The position numbers were made by a program, and so were the translations under genes. Under the pieces are notes generated by a model, which saw only the letters and a program-made list of their open reading frames with translations, did no database searches and was not told the origin of the DNA. From the NCBI GenBank assembly GCA_002633005.1, contig NMRA01000996.1, positions 11,271 through 75,270 of the forward strand: DNA of 64,000 nt, read 5' to 3'. Within the stretch, counting starts at the first letter, position 1; every line of letters begins with the position of its first letter. This DNA comes from Phoronis australis (lineage: Eukaryota > Animalia > Phoronida). This document shows, one piece after another, positions 23,217-36,813 of this stretch.

Positions 23217-26200
23217 CTGAAATGTAGAAAGTGAACATTTTGATATTGGTTAATATTATAAAGTCAAATTGAGGATACAATTTTAAATTAACAACAGTCA
23301 TCAATAGAACCCTACTTAGACACCCTGACCGGTCGAGTTTGGGGAAGTCGACCGGTTTGTTTACCTCGAAATCTACCCGCCGGCGATAATCAAAGCCACC
23401 CTGTTGTTGCAGTTTATTATATCTTCCCAGACCACTGTTGTTACCCTTGGGTCGACAATAGTATTTTTTAAATTTCGGTTTGTAAATAACATATTTGAAT
23501 AGTTCGTGAAAAGCACGTCGTGATTAGGTTTTTCGATTTTGAAAAATGGGCGAGAATGTGACTTTTACTACAGTGTACCTAAACCCGTATGTTTAATGTT
23601 GCCATAATACGGTCCTCATTAATTCTGCTGGGTGTGTTACTTAATTAGGCTAATTACCAAACCACCAGGCAACAGTTGGATTTTGAGGTAAGACAAGTGT
23701 CATCCACCGTACAATTCTTGCCATGTTGCAAGGTAATTAAATCAGATGCATGACTTATCCGGTGCAACTTGATTCGACGACCAGCTGATTGAGACCAGTT
23801 ACTCGTTTCAGGAGGAGACAGTTTTACTAAATTTTAGAAGCGTGTAACACATGGCATCTTTCTGTACCTGACAGAAGTACTAGCGAATGTATTATTATTA
23901 TATAAAAATCTCTCTGAATAGGTGCTTGCGTTGTGGGTCACATTTTATGACTTTGTTAAATCTACTGCGTTGAAATTGTGTCCGACGGATTTACGGTTTT
24001 ATTACTTGGCAATTGAATTAAACTTCTGATTACTGGTAGGTTAATTCAACAGTTTTTCTAAAAGTGTTTTCATTATGAGAAGTTAAACGTTTTTGTTATT
24101 TGACCCTGTTAGCTACAGTCACAGATTTTCTGTGACTGTAGCTAACAGGGTCAAATAACAGAATGTTAATCACTTATTATTTTGCGATGTTAGCCCAGCA
24201 ACATTTTATCATTTATGGGAAGGTGGTTGTAGCTTTGTTTTTTCGTGAAAACTAAGAAAAACATTTATAAAGTATTATCTCATTGTTCACAAGAACAAAC
24301 ATGGCTACTCGGGCTTTTCCAACTTGTTGAAATACGCAATGGCTGCCACATTCAATGACAAATAATGGCCGTGGTGGCAGAAAATTCACGTTAAAAGGAT
24401 ACCACATCCGGTTTTAGCCTATTCACAGATATCAAAATCGACACATCCTGTTCTCTTAGACAAACTACATGTACATGCAATTATCAATAACGCTCGGTAA
24501 CACTCAAAAGTTATACAGCAAAACTTGAAAACTCCTTACGAAGTCGCGAAAAGGGGCAACCAGGACGAGAAGTAGGCTTTAGGTGATTTGCATGTAAACG
24601 ACAACTAAGAAGCATAATTTTCAATCGGTGACGCAGACACTTGACGCGTTTTCAGTTGCAACTGTTCAAGAAGGACGCCAATAAAACATTATGTGACAAA
24701 ACGAGTACTGTTTGAAATAACCAAAACATGGTTAAGTATCCTTTCAAATAACACTAAAATGAACTCGTGTGTACCAAGATCAGATCATACCATTTCATGG
24801 GCGGCGTAGCACTGAAAAAAGTGGGGGCTATAGGCCCCCTCCAGCCCCTTATTGTGTGTCGCCCATGCATTTTCGTAATAAAACTTTGCTGTTACTGTTT
24901 TAGTCCCCAAAAGTTTCACCTGTCATAACAACTGCAACTTTCTAAGAAAATAGTGTTCGCGTAGCCCCTAAACGCGGCATGCCATCGGCTATTTTGGTCG
25001 TGAGGGAATGCTTCTCTTTAATCTGCCTACATTGTATGCATCATTAGGCAACTCGTACGGTAACACTAATATTGCACGTAAGTGGACGAGAATGCGTACA
25101 CCTTTCACCTCAAAATCCCTTGAGAAGTTTTCGGCACAACAAAGGCTTGATGGCGCCGTCACAGATATAAATGCGCTCAGTAGTCGTTTTTCATGGGCTT
25201 TGCCAAATGTGCTTTACTATTGGATTAGACATTGCTGTCGTTACAACTCGCCTGTTGGCCTGTTGAGAGCACGAGTCAAAAACAAACAAATAATTGGTAA
25301 GGCAAATGACCAAATGACTGTTTTCAAAATTTCAAAATCAAATACTAGACATCTTCGAGTGTTTAAAATCGGTGCATTAATAGGGAAATAATTAGCGAAT
25401 AGGTTTTCTTTAACAGCGCGGGTACCACATGCATTTTTATGAAAGGACGGGTTAGTCACAGCTTGGATTATAGCGTTGGGATGACAAAAGGCCAAATGTT
25501 AGCGTACGAGTTGCCCCATGTTCAAATAGACATATGTAGAAGTAGCACTCATTCAAGCACAATAAAATAATGCAAACTCCACTCTATCGTGTTGAAGGTA
25601 TTTACATGTACAGAAATAGGAAAATTCTCTGCGCAATATAAATAAAAATCGTCAAATCAATATTTGAATTAGATTTACTTGCTTTGCACGCCAGTCAATT
25701 CCTCTAACGAAAATCGAAATTTGCATTTAATGCTGATTTCACGGGAAATACCAAATTCGTTTTAAGAATTCATAATGATGGAAATCAATTCCAGAAACGA
25801 ATGTCAAAATTTACCAAGAACGCGTTTCTAAAACTTCTCAGATCGCCTTATGGCCTATTCAACGTATATCGACTTCGCAGTTGTAGTCCACAGCAGATAT
25901 TAATTCGTTCAGACATGTCAATTAAGCTAATATTTTTAATCAGTCACGGCGCGGAAAAACGTAAATAAAATGATTGTTTACGAACGTAAGCGTATGTGCT
26001 TGGGGCGCTTGCCTTTCAGATCATCGACGATATACAGTAAAGAGAACAAACGAGGAAAATTGCTAGTAGTCGTCAATGAAAACATGCAAACATGTAGCAA
26101 ATTTCACGATTAGCTGAACATACTTTACAAACATGCGCATTAAATGAAAGTCATTCACTTTCATAACGTTTCTCAAATAATGTTTATTATGTTTTATTAA

Positions 26201-29200
26201 GCAGAATTTTACATGAGTCAACAATGAAACATGTACGTGTAGTTGAACGTGTATTTGAGTTGCAGAAACGTGCCTTCCTTGTCGGACAGCTCAATACACT
26301 CTTGGTCAAACACTAGGCCTTCAATTGACAGTCGAAATGCGGGGAAATATTTCCCATCATAATTTGTGTCGTGAAACAGCTAAAATCTTCATTTATCACC
26401 AATGTTTGCCAGACACATTCGCTAAAATCAAGGACGATGACCAGTTAAATGTTAAGTTTAAAATATATTTATCGAGTGCGATTTCGCAGAAGGTTTGGTT
26501 GCTAATGTAAATTCGCGCTGCGGCTGATATAAAAACCCTTTCTCTCCGCTAATGTCGTTTTAGATCAATTTTAGCTTGTACATGTACATACATGTACGTC
26601 CATTATCTAATCTAGCTCAAACTTTCAAGATCATTCTGCGTGCGAGATGTTTAGGGGTTTCAGCGGACCCAACGTGCAGTGTATTAGTTATCTGTCATAT
26701 GCCATTCAGTAAGTGGTATGCCATGAATCTTGTAGAGTTATTCTTTTTGAATTACCTCGAATGTTTGGTAGTCTTTTTGGGTTTCTCGCGGCTCCTGCCA
26801 GAGTGCCATTTTGGTCTTGGGTCATACGGTGCTCACTGTGACAGGGTTTAAATCAATTTTGGCGTGTGCCTCGAACAACTGACCTAGCCTATTGTCGTCA
26901 GCATCCAGTGAGGAGGAGTTCTGGCGAGCCAAACCCAGAGTGTATTTTGTCTGGGGTTGTTTCCACTGAGTGTTTGAGCCAACTCAATTTTGGAGGGTAA
27001 TTTTGCTAGCGAGGCCTTTTTAGAGTGGATCTTGTTCGTCCTGGCTCATTCGGTGCTCAATGTGGCATTATCGTTAATCTTAAATTAGTTTCGGCGGGCT
27101 GGGTACCGCACATCTATTCTAGACAATTTTGGCCCCTTACAACGGGTTTCCAGGGGCCACACTCAGTGCAGAATACCGGTCAACACGCATTTCTGTACAT
27201 ACTGGATGAACTGTAGGCCTAAGTGTTCTTGTGGTCAGATGTGTGGTATACGCACCTCATTCATATAGTCTCAGTAATTGCTCTGGGCTGCCTGCCATTT
27301 CCTCTCGTCTTCCAGAAATACATACAACTTAACGTGGCGCTTTCCAGTCTCAGGTTAATTAACCATTGAATTCCTCACTGAGCCTCTAAAATTTTGAATG
27401 ATCTCGATCGATCTTTGTAATTATACAACACTCGCTTTCATTAATGGCCAAATCGGCTTTGAAAATCCGATAACAGCTCATTTAGATTACATGTATAGCC
27501 TACTGTAACTGTTAACCCCTGCAACGTATTTGGGGAGGGTGCCAAAATATGGCTTGTAACATAGAAAACCAAGAAAAATTATGCATGTTGCACTTTGTCA
27601 TAGAATAAAAGTATTCTCATGCCGTGCGGGCTGTTAAATATCATGCTTCAAAATTTACATAGCAAAGCGTGAGGCCGTCCCTGAATGTCACGTGGCTAAA
27701 TATCCGGGAAAGTTGCAGGTCACTGGCCTCGCAGTTTTTTGCGAAAATATTAACGAGTAGGGTTTATTTCATTTGGGGTCGATTTCCATCTGTGTTGTTT
27801 TAAGTCAGTGCCTGCAAGACGTGCAAGCAATTTAATGAAGTCGAGTTTTTCACATCATCATGGTTTGCACTGAGTCAATTTTACGAACAGCTGATATATT
27901 GTGTTGGCATAGGCAGATTTGGGGGGGGAGGCTGGAGGGCAGGGGGCCCGCCCCCCCCCTTGGCTGCCGCAAGCAAAATGAAACAGCGTGAGGAAATATA
28001 AAGTTCAGTAACTAGGACCGGTAGCGGATGAGGCGGTGGCTCAGATCCCAGAGGAATGGTGTTCATGTTTTTTTATTTTTTTAGTCCATTGATAGATTTT
28101 CTGAACGTAAGGTGCACGACCCAGCACCTGCAACTTTCGGGCCCCTGTGCACATACAATTTCGCGATGCCCTATTCCCCGAGGCAACACTGTTGTTGGGC
28201 CCCCCTCGTTATCATCCTAGATCCGCCTCTGATTAGAAACATTGTCTAAAACATACATTCACGTTTCAAACCACATATGAGGCTGTGACTGCGTAGGGTT
28301 CCAATCAGGGGCCCGTTCAGACGGCCTTGTGTGTTTCCACTGCAGACTATTATAACGCATGTGTTGTCAAATGAAGGTGCTTCGCGGTAATATACCGAGA
28401 GGTTACCGACCCACCTTCGCGTCAAAGTAAACTACATTTACATGTACAAAGACATTTACCTAATAAGATCTCCTGAAGATCGTTGAAAAACAGCGCCGCT
28501 TTCTGTCTCTGTTGAACATCGAAATCCCTAACGTCCTTTAAAAATCGTTCCCTCCTATATTCTTCACGGCGAGACGGAAGTTGGAAGGAAGATCTCTTGT
28601 AGGGATTCAGCTCCGGCAGATAATCACCGGATTCGTCTTTTTGGTAAACTAAAACAGTTTCCTTGTTAAGCTGCTCCTTAAATACTTCTTCTTTTCGTTT
28701 TTTCTTGAGTTTATTTAGTTTGACCAGTGACACGGACTTATTGGACACTGGCGCAGACAAACTGGAGGCACTGTCATGTTGCGCGTGCTGACCTGACAAC
28801 CAGGCTTCGTCTTCTTCTACCCTACTATTTGTGTCGTCATTGACTTGAAATGTGCGACATGATGATTTTTTCGTATCATCATTAGTAAACACATTTTTCT
28901 CGACATGGTGTTGATCAATCGAGTCGTCATTCTTACAAACAGACAACGTGTTGTTATCAACGATTGAGTGGTCGTTGATAACAGAAATGTTTGTTTTCGA
29001 ATTAACCCCCGCCTGGTGCTTTTCGTCCGTTTGTTCGTTCTTTTCTTGATCGCACGACTGTAAACTGCACCCGTCCTCCGTTACAGGATCTAATGTACTG
29101 TGTCTTAGCATGGCAGTTTTAAGATACATTGACCCCGTTCTAACTAATTTGACTGTTTGATTGGAAGTAACTGTTTTTATTTGACCATCACTTCGATCAC

Positions 29201-29990
29201 GATGAGGTATGACAGGCAACACGTTATTGTTAGGATTTGTGCTATGGTTATCAAAAACGGCATTCAGGTCGGACCCTGTGCTCGTTGAAAATTCCATATC
29301 CTCTCCTGGAATTTTTTTACGACTTTCGACCGAGTCAGATTCACTTTTGCCTTTTATTAGCTGAGGAAAAGTTTCACTAGTAGATTGAGTCGCAGTTGCG
29401 TTTGCAGAAATCCCGGCGACGGTTGTCTGGCGTTTTTGGCAATCATCTTCTTCACCCTTGTCATTTTCTTTCTGGACTGTAGGCTCTGTTGCTTCCACAA
29501 CACTACCTAAGTTTCCCCCCATTGTCTTGCCACGGGCTTTCTTTTTATTTGCCTCTTCACGGGTGTCACCAAACATTTTAAGCACGCTACTTTTTCTTTC
29601 AGTTTCTTTGTCGCTAGAGAAATTCAGGTTCGCTTCAATTTTTGCTCTCAGTTTTTCTTGTTCTTTCTTGTATGCTTCTTTCTGTAGAACCTTCTTCTCC
29701 TTATTCACCCGCAACAAAGTCTTGTACATATTTTCTTGGTCTTTTCTCAAGTTGTTCAAAACAGTTTTTTGTTGTTTGTACCAGAAGTCCAACTGTTTTG
29801 TCAAGTCCTTGTGAGCAGTTGTGTTGAACGATTGGACTGACGAACTGAATTCTTTCCTGTTTACTGCGTGAGCCTTCTTCAAATCGTGAAGCCTGTCTCC
29901 GTTCATTTTCCCTAAAGCGCCGTTCATTTCAGTCCGTTTGTTATACCGGACCGGAATGGCCGGTTCTCGCCAGTGAGCCATCGTTGTCAT
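22951..29990 (-). CDS. Uncharacterised two-exon coiled-coil protein (~598 aa), possibly CCDC190-like
   Basis: Exon 29990-28460 ends TTA TTA G|gtaaat (phase 1). Exon 23216-22951 starts tttcag|AA GAC, completing GAA in frame. The protein has an N-terminal heptad region, a long disordered middle and a C-terminal EALAQCSYLR motif. Family assignment is from recalled motif similarity only. Confidence 0.78.
24094..24160. repeat. Perfect 32-bp inverted repeat with 3-nt loop
   Basis: tgttatttgaccctgttagctacagtcacaga-ttt-tctgtgactgtagctaacagggtcaaataaca. Confidence 0.95.
24796..24867. mobile_element. 72-bp MITE (catgggcg...cgcccatg); relative at ~59454-59521
   Basis: 8-bp perfect TIR; cattt on both flanks. 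Confidence 0.6.
27908..28230. mobile_element. GC-rich MITE-like insertion in the intron of the coiled-coil gene
   Basis: cataggcagatt...gatccgcctctg imperfect TIRs; G/C runs. Confidence 0.45.
28460..29990 (-). CDS. Large first coding exon of the uncharacterised coiled-coil gene
   Basis: 1531-nt open exon within the 528-aa ORF; ATG at 29990 (MTTMAHW) or 29981; GT donor at 28459. Confidence 0.85.
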
Positions 29991-32728
29991 CCCTATAGTA
30001 CGGCACACGAGGCGACTTACTGAGGATGTTCCCAGGAACGTTCTAACTGAAATATGTTCCTTTCCATACTTTCCCGAGTCTTGTAGTTAAATTCTCGGCC
30101 GAAACTATACAAACTAAATGACGTCACCGTAACCGCATCCTGTCAACTTTCAAACGTTGAAACGTTGTTAAAGTGTAGAAACAATTCATTACGGGTATAA
30201 ACACCCCACGAGTTCGTCCATTTGTTCCTTAGCTTTGGGTCTTGCCAGAATGAAGCGCCGTTGTCAAGGCCGCTTGTTGACACGTTAGCAAGCCTCTGTC
30301 AATGCGAGGATCCCGCTAAGCAAATAGCGCTTGATTACTGAACACACAAGTTTAGTCGGTGGCGATGATTCGATGAAATTGACAGTAAAGTACTGCTCAG
30401 TGTATTAACGTGAGTGCTCACAGATTATTGCCTCAGGCACATCCTACGTAGCGAATTGTCCGTAAAAATTTCTCTGTAGTTTCATTTCACTAAGGAAAAC
30501 GTCTTACCGCTTGTTGACCGGACAGACCAATGTTTGCCGTTAAACTGGCATGTTCATTGTGTACATTGAGTGTGAATACATGTAAATGGCGACTTGTCAT
30601 GTTTGTGTGTTGAGTATGAAAATGACATTTACTTTCTTTAAATAGCATCAGCCTGAGGAGTTTGTATTCAGCCCACCTGCCTGGACAAAAGGCAATTTCA
30701 AGCCGAGGTGCACTCCAATACTCAAGAGCAAATACACTACGTGAAGCAGCCCATGCATTTATTGTGTGAGACAGTTGCATTTTTCCGGATTCAAGTGATC
30801 TGTGATTTTATAGATAACTGGTACTGTCAGACAGTGCAATATTGCTGTTCACTGTACTTGATTTACTGTCAAGTCAACGTCAGTGACAAAACTGGTACGG
30901 ACTGTACCTAAGCGACTGCACTCTTTGTACGGATAATATTTTATAAATTTCTTTAACGTTATCTGAATGCCAAGGGAGAGCATGAACGCTCAAAGTATGC
31001 GACGACTGTCGTTGCAGGTATTGGTCAGGTCTCAGTGGTCGTTCCACTCTATAATTACGAGGCAATTACGAGGTGAGCATCAGCAGAAATACCAACACGA
31101 AAACGAAGCGATTACTGCCGGGGTATAATTCGGTAGCTTGTCTAGTGGCTACGGCAATATCAGAATAGGGTCGCTCTCATTGATTACGTTTCGTACCTCT
31201 AGTTGCAGTGATCACACAATTGTATAGAGGCTCAGCACTGTTCTGGCATGACTACACATTCGCACCCAACTCCGAACTTTTCATCATTTGGTGCTCTCTA
31301 GAGTGATGAGAGCGCGAAAATTACTTTCGATTGACCCCCACTCAGATTTGGAGGACAGAAATTCAATTACTCAGTACACAGTGGTTCATTAATTTAAAAT
31401 CAGGGGAGGAATCAATTTCACTACAAGTCCCTCCAATTGTTTGATTAGTTTAAGTGCAATTATATATATTGGCTTTTTGACATCGCGACAGGGATAGAAA
31501 TTCTCCCGCTGTGTCAGACGTATGTGACTAAATATTTCAATTTAATTTGCCCACCAACTACCTCCCATCACTTTTGGCACCTTCTCGTAGCTTTGTGTTG
31601 CGGCTTTTTATGGGCCATCTTACAAGAGATTTTACATGTTATATCTTAATTATGTTCACCCATATTCTTTGTATTTGTATTCTTTCATAATAAATGACCT
31701 TATTTCGCCAACGTCGGTCTCCTTTCATCTCTGGTAATGAGCTTGTTACTCACGTATTTTACTCGGGACATATGTCGATCATAAATGTACTGTAGGTGGC
31801 GCTGAACGCCTGTCCAACACCTCGCTGGTTCCCTGCGTGCTTAGGTGGCACTGAATACCGTAGTTAGTTTGGTTTTGGGGTAGGCGAAGTTTGGGGGCAT
31901 TTTGTAGGTGGGCATTGCACGTAGGCTCTGTGAATGTGGTTTGTTTGTATTTGTGAACATGCTGTGAATAAAAAAGGCCACTTTATTGGCTGTAGCTGCA
32001 CTCTTCTTCAAGATGGCGGCCCCCGGCTGCAATTGTGCATTGCTGGGTAGCGATTGAGAAATTGGCTGTGATTTTAGGTAGCCCTCAAACAAGCAAGAAT
32101 TGCCAAAAAACTAGTTGCATTTTTTGCCCTTATTTTTCTTAGTCTCGCTTGGTTTTCAGTGGGAATGAAAGGGTCAAGAATATAAGAGAGAATAAAGTTT
32201 CTGTGCTCATCTGTGCAGGGCTTTTTATGTGAAATAATTGAAAACATATCATTCTTTGCATCCTGTTTTTTAGTTTGACAGAGTGAAGAAAAAGTGACAA
32301 ATCAAGTGATGTGTGTTTTGCTGGCCAAAACCCAGTGAGAACTGTTCTGTGCCTCCTTAGCCTATCCAGTACGCAGGTATCACGCAGTGGCACGCGCTTT
32401 AGCATCGGTCGATGTAACCTCGGCAGTCATTGGTTAGCTTTACAACACCGTGAAAAAATGGGGGACTGTGAACGATTTTCAGCCTTGTCATGCAAATGGC
32501 GTCGCAAGCAACTATTTCAACTCGGCAGTGATGAATATTAGCCACGTGCTTGAAGCACATGCATGTACAATAAACACATATCTGGCCGATTTAACCGGTG
32601 TGTTATTCATACTGTATGAATACAGGACACTATCGTAAACAAACTTAAAAAGTCATAGTAGAAAGATGCAATCACAATTTCAAGGCTTCACCATTTCCTG
32701 AACATAAATTTTAAGCACCCGCCGATTT

Positions 32729-32886
32729 CAGGGGCGGATCCAGAATTTTGAGTTAGGGGGTCCAGGACAGGGTATTAGCCAGGATTTTGCCCCATCAGAC
32801 ATTCACACCCCCGACCTGCCAAATGTAATCTGGGAGAATTTTAGGGGGGCATGGCTCCCTTGGCCCCCCCTCTAAATCCGCCACTG
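32729..32886. mobile_element. GC-rich MITE (caggggcggatc...atccgccactg)
   Basis: Imperfect TIRs; gattt on both flanks. Confidence 0.65.
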
Positions 32887-32890
32887 GATT

Positions 32891-33032
32891 TGTCCGTACA
32901 ACAGACCACATTTACACGTCAGTCAATCAGCCATGCCAGTTTGTTTGCGTAAAGCGCTGCCTGTTGAGAATTCGACTAGCCAATCAGAAACGCCGGTGTA
33001 AAAAAATTTACCGAGGAAAATTAAGTGATACC
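32891..33032 (-). repeat. Interspersed repeat end; inverted copy at 61221-61361
   Basis: The reverse complement aligns over ~140 bp (ggtatcacttaattttcctcg...tttacgcaaacaaactggca...gtgtaaatgtggtctgttgtac). Confidence 0.85.
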
Positions 33033-36000
33033 CGTGCGTGCTGGCGCGGCTACCGCTCCACCTAGTGGCACGCAAGGAACCAGCGAGGTCCAACACAGAC
33101 ACGATCGCCATCTGGCGAAATAGAAAATTTCAATAAGGCGGGGCTATTTGGAAAATCAGCTATCGAACATCATTACATTTGCGCAAGGTATATTTCAGAT
33201 ACAAATACCCAGGATAGTCACAAGGCTTCAGGTACAGAATGGTCTGGCCCACGGTCACACTTGCTAGCGGACTTTGTGTTGGCGGCCAGCTGTTTGTTGA
33301 ATTTCCGATCAACGCGAAGTTTTATGACAACGTGTCTTCTGAATGGCCCGAAGCCTACTTTTATTAAAATCGGACACAAGGTGGCAATGAGGCGACCATT
33401 TTTCATTTTGTAGTTTGCACATCCATAACTCCACTGCTTGATCTGATGGGATAGCATCCGCGTACCCAACCTAAAATATAGGGGGCTCGAATTCTTCGAT
33501 ATGCGGACCTTTTACTGAAAAAAATCAACGAGGACGACTAGGTTCACACCTGCCACTCATGAATCCGTGCCAAATTTCTGTGAACTTTTGTCTCGTTTAC
33601 TCGGAATTTTTATTTCGCTGTGCCCAATTCGATCCCCCCCCAGCCCCCCTGGGTGCTTCCATGGATAGAGCATTTCAAGGTCAATCAGAGTTTTGCGACA
33701 TATTTCTCTCTATGTTTAATTGTTTTTGAGTTACTCCAAATTTTCCGAGGACTGTTCAGCAAATAACAGAGTTTTGTACCTAATATCGTCGGCGTCCTTT
33801 GACGGATTTGTCAGAAATTTGGTACGACAGATCTGTCAAGCGATTTCAGCATTACATAACGCGTTTCTTCCTGCTACATGCCCTTCTCACGATGTTCAAG
33901 ATTTGCTGCTTTAACGATTGTTCTTTTATTGACTCATCACTTTTCGTCTGATACACATGAAATTGAAGAACAACGTTTTTTATTTAGTCAGTGGCTTGAG
34001 AGCTTTTACTTTTTGCGAAATCGGACTCGAGATGGCGCTGTGACGACCATTCTAGCTCTGACCGAACTTTTTCAAATTTGTTTTTAAACAGATCACCTAA
34101 CGGTCTATCTAATACGCTGGTGTACTAGGTCCTGTTTATTGATGATCTTGATTTCGTCGTCGACTTCAACTTTAAATTTTTATTCAATTTCGCCAAGTGT
34201 TGCTGCACAAAGAGCTTTGATTTTGATTTGTTTATTCGATGACACACTTGTAAAAGAAAAGAGATATCAATAAATATAAATATCCAATACACAATTCAGC
34301 GACATTTACTAAACAAATATTAGAATACGCATATTACCAGGATCGAACAATGGATTTGAACGACTGAAAAACGGACAAAAACTTCATTCCGTGCTAATTC
34401 ATACAAAATATACAATGTGAACCCGCGCTCTGCTATGAGTATCCCGATTTCGGCTAGTCGGGATACAGCCGTGTCCCTATCAGTTTGGCAGCGAGAGCAA
34501 GGGAAAAAGTTGGCAAACCAATGTTTACATAGTCCAGCCCGCTTCTTATTGTCTAAGTTCATCTGATAAGCGCATGCAATCCAGCAATTATGGTGTCAAC
34601 AGCACGCCTTACACTAACCAGTATTTAAAAATACTATTTCCAAACTACGTTCAACAAATGTCGTGGAGATGTGCTTTGTATGAAATACTATCATCAAAAA
34701 GTTTGAACAGAAAAAAACAATCGACTTTAGGAGAAATTAGACTGAACTTTCACCTGCCGATTCCTTTGTGTAACTGCAAGCTCTGACCCAGCTTAATACA
34801 TGTACCACAGCGTTGTGTACCCACACAATAGAGGTTTTTGTCAAGTTTAATCGAACGTGATACTAGATTTGATCGTGATGTTTGAAATTTCTTGGTTTTA
34901 TGGTGCTGAAATTACCTTGATCGGCAGAATATTCAGTATTCCGACAAATGCGAGAGCACATGCTCTCGATCAGACGAGCCTCGTGCAATACAGTGAAATT
35001 CTCTCGATTCTAGAATCTGTTTCTGCTGATAAGGCGCTACCAAAAACAGAACTTTTATGATTTTCTTGAAAAACCGAAACCGAAATCATAGTAGTTAGAA
35101 AACCATAAAATCTTTGTTGAGATTGTATCTTGAACATATATATCAAATGGATTTTGGTCCTAGTGTTGATGCCGTTGGTTTGCTGTCAATGTACTTTTCT
35201 TTTTTTGATAAAGTTTGCCAAAAACACATGATCACGTGGCTCAGTTAATGTTCACCGTGATTGTTAAAACTTTAAAACTGAAATTTTACAGGAATTCCAG
35301 TTGCAGGAAGAACTTTTACTGAGTTAAATAAGCAGACTTTTCACAACGCTTGACACTTATCCTCGTGTCGTCTTTCAGTTTTATTTTGAACTAAGCAAGT
35401 TTAGAAAGGATTAACGCATTTGATATTACCCGTCTTTATTATATTAAAATGAAAGGTAACAACCAAGGTTTTCAGGCATCTGCTTAATGTCAATTCAAAA
35501 CACCTTGGAAGTTCCTGCCGCCATAAAATACCTTATTCATGATTACGGAAATATTCGACCTGTTCCGAGCATGATTACCCACTCCCCAGTTTGCCTTTTA
35601 GAACAAGGTGGCACTTAACAGTTAGGCTGCAGCCACGGGGCATTTTCTAGTCCCTAGAATTGATGTGCAGGGCGTATGTCAGGTTTGGCTGGTTGTTCGA
35701 GGAATTTGTTGAAAAAAGTTGCCAGGAAAGTGAGTTGCTTGTATTTTTGAATGAGAAAATCCATTTTTTTAGCCTTGACCCACTTTCCCTGCAAAATGGT
35801 GGCTGTCGCTTGCCTTCAACCCCTGTTGCCTGCTGACCGAGAAAACGGGTGCGATTTCAGGTGGCTGTCAGACAGATCCAAATTGCGAAAAAATAGCTAG
35901 TAAGGGGCGTACTATGACCACATTTTTAGAATCTAGAGAGTGCGAGCATTCTGAATCTGTAGTCGGATTTTCCCTAGCACTTGCAGGGAAGTGGCAATAT

Positions 36001-36414
36001 TGAGGAGAAAACTGTCAAATTTGGTGTTTTTTGGTATATTTTTGTGTGCCGGGATTATTTTTTTGCCGATGAGAATTAACCGGTAAAAAATCTGTGGCGT
36101 AAGTAAGTTTCAGTTGTCACGAGTAGTGCTTGTGAGTTGGGAATGTTACAAAACCCTTTTGTTTTTTCAGACATTCGATTAGCACGTAATGAAAGGGCCC
36201 ATCTGTACTTCGGTGTGCGTCGGCAGCCAAAAGCCTGTTGTAACTGTAGGTGTGCCCCCATAGTTGGTTTCGGCCTTGTAAACAGCTTCTGCAAGTAAGA
36301 ACTGCGTCGTTGAAACAGTCCATCAACAGCGCTTTAATCTGTGTCCTTTTTTGTGTTCAATGCATTCGTAATTCTTAAGCACAGACGTTATTTCCACCTT
36401 TCGTTGACTTTGTA

Positions 36415-36578
36415 TTACGTCAATGCATCTTTGTGGATCTTCTGAACGTGAGATTTCGGACTTCGCTTCAGGAAGTGGCAACACAGCTCAAATAAAACAA
36501 TGCCGATATTTTCAAGAAGTTCAGCGGCCGTGAGCAGGCTTGCTCCAATGCACAGTCCAAGATTTCCACCCAAATCAG
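36415..36578 (-). CDS. Second copy of DEG/ENaC exon 8 (probable allelic/haplotype duplicate)
   Basis: Same length and acceptor position as 39841-40004; 3 aa differences (Q/R, N/H, T/A) and several synonymous changes. Confidence 0.7.
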
Positions 36579-36716
36579 CTAAAAATGTACAAAGCAAGAC
36601 GTTCAAAACCGTAACATGAATATACTGAGAATGCATCAAATTTAAAACAACTGAACAAACATTTAGAGGATGCATTGGTGGATCTAGACTGTCATAAGGG
36701 GGTTTGACAAGCCTTA

Positions 36717-36813
36717 NNNNNNNNNNNNNNNNNNNNNNNNNNNNNNNNNNNNNNNNNNNNNNNNNNNNNNNNNNNNNNNNNNNNNNNNNNNNNNNNNNNN
36801 NNNNNNNNNNNNN
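36717..36813. other. Assembly gap (97 N)
   Basis: Run of N. Confidence 1.

Noticed and set aside
29458-29827. Plus-strand ORFs of 118 and 61 aa
   Set aside because: Antisense shadows of the Lys/Glu-rich minus-strand exon.
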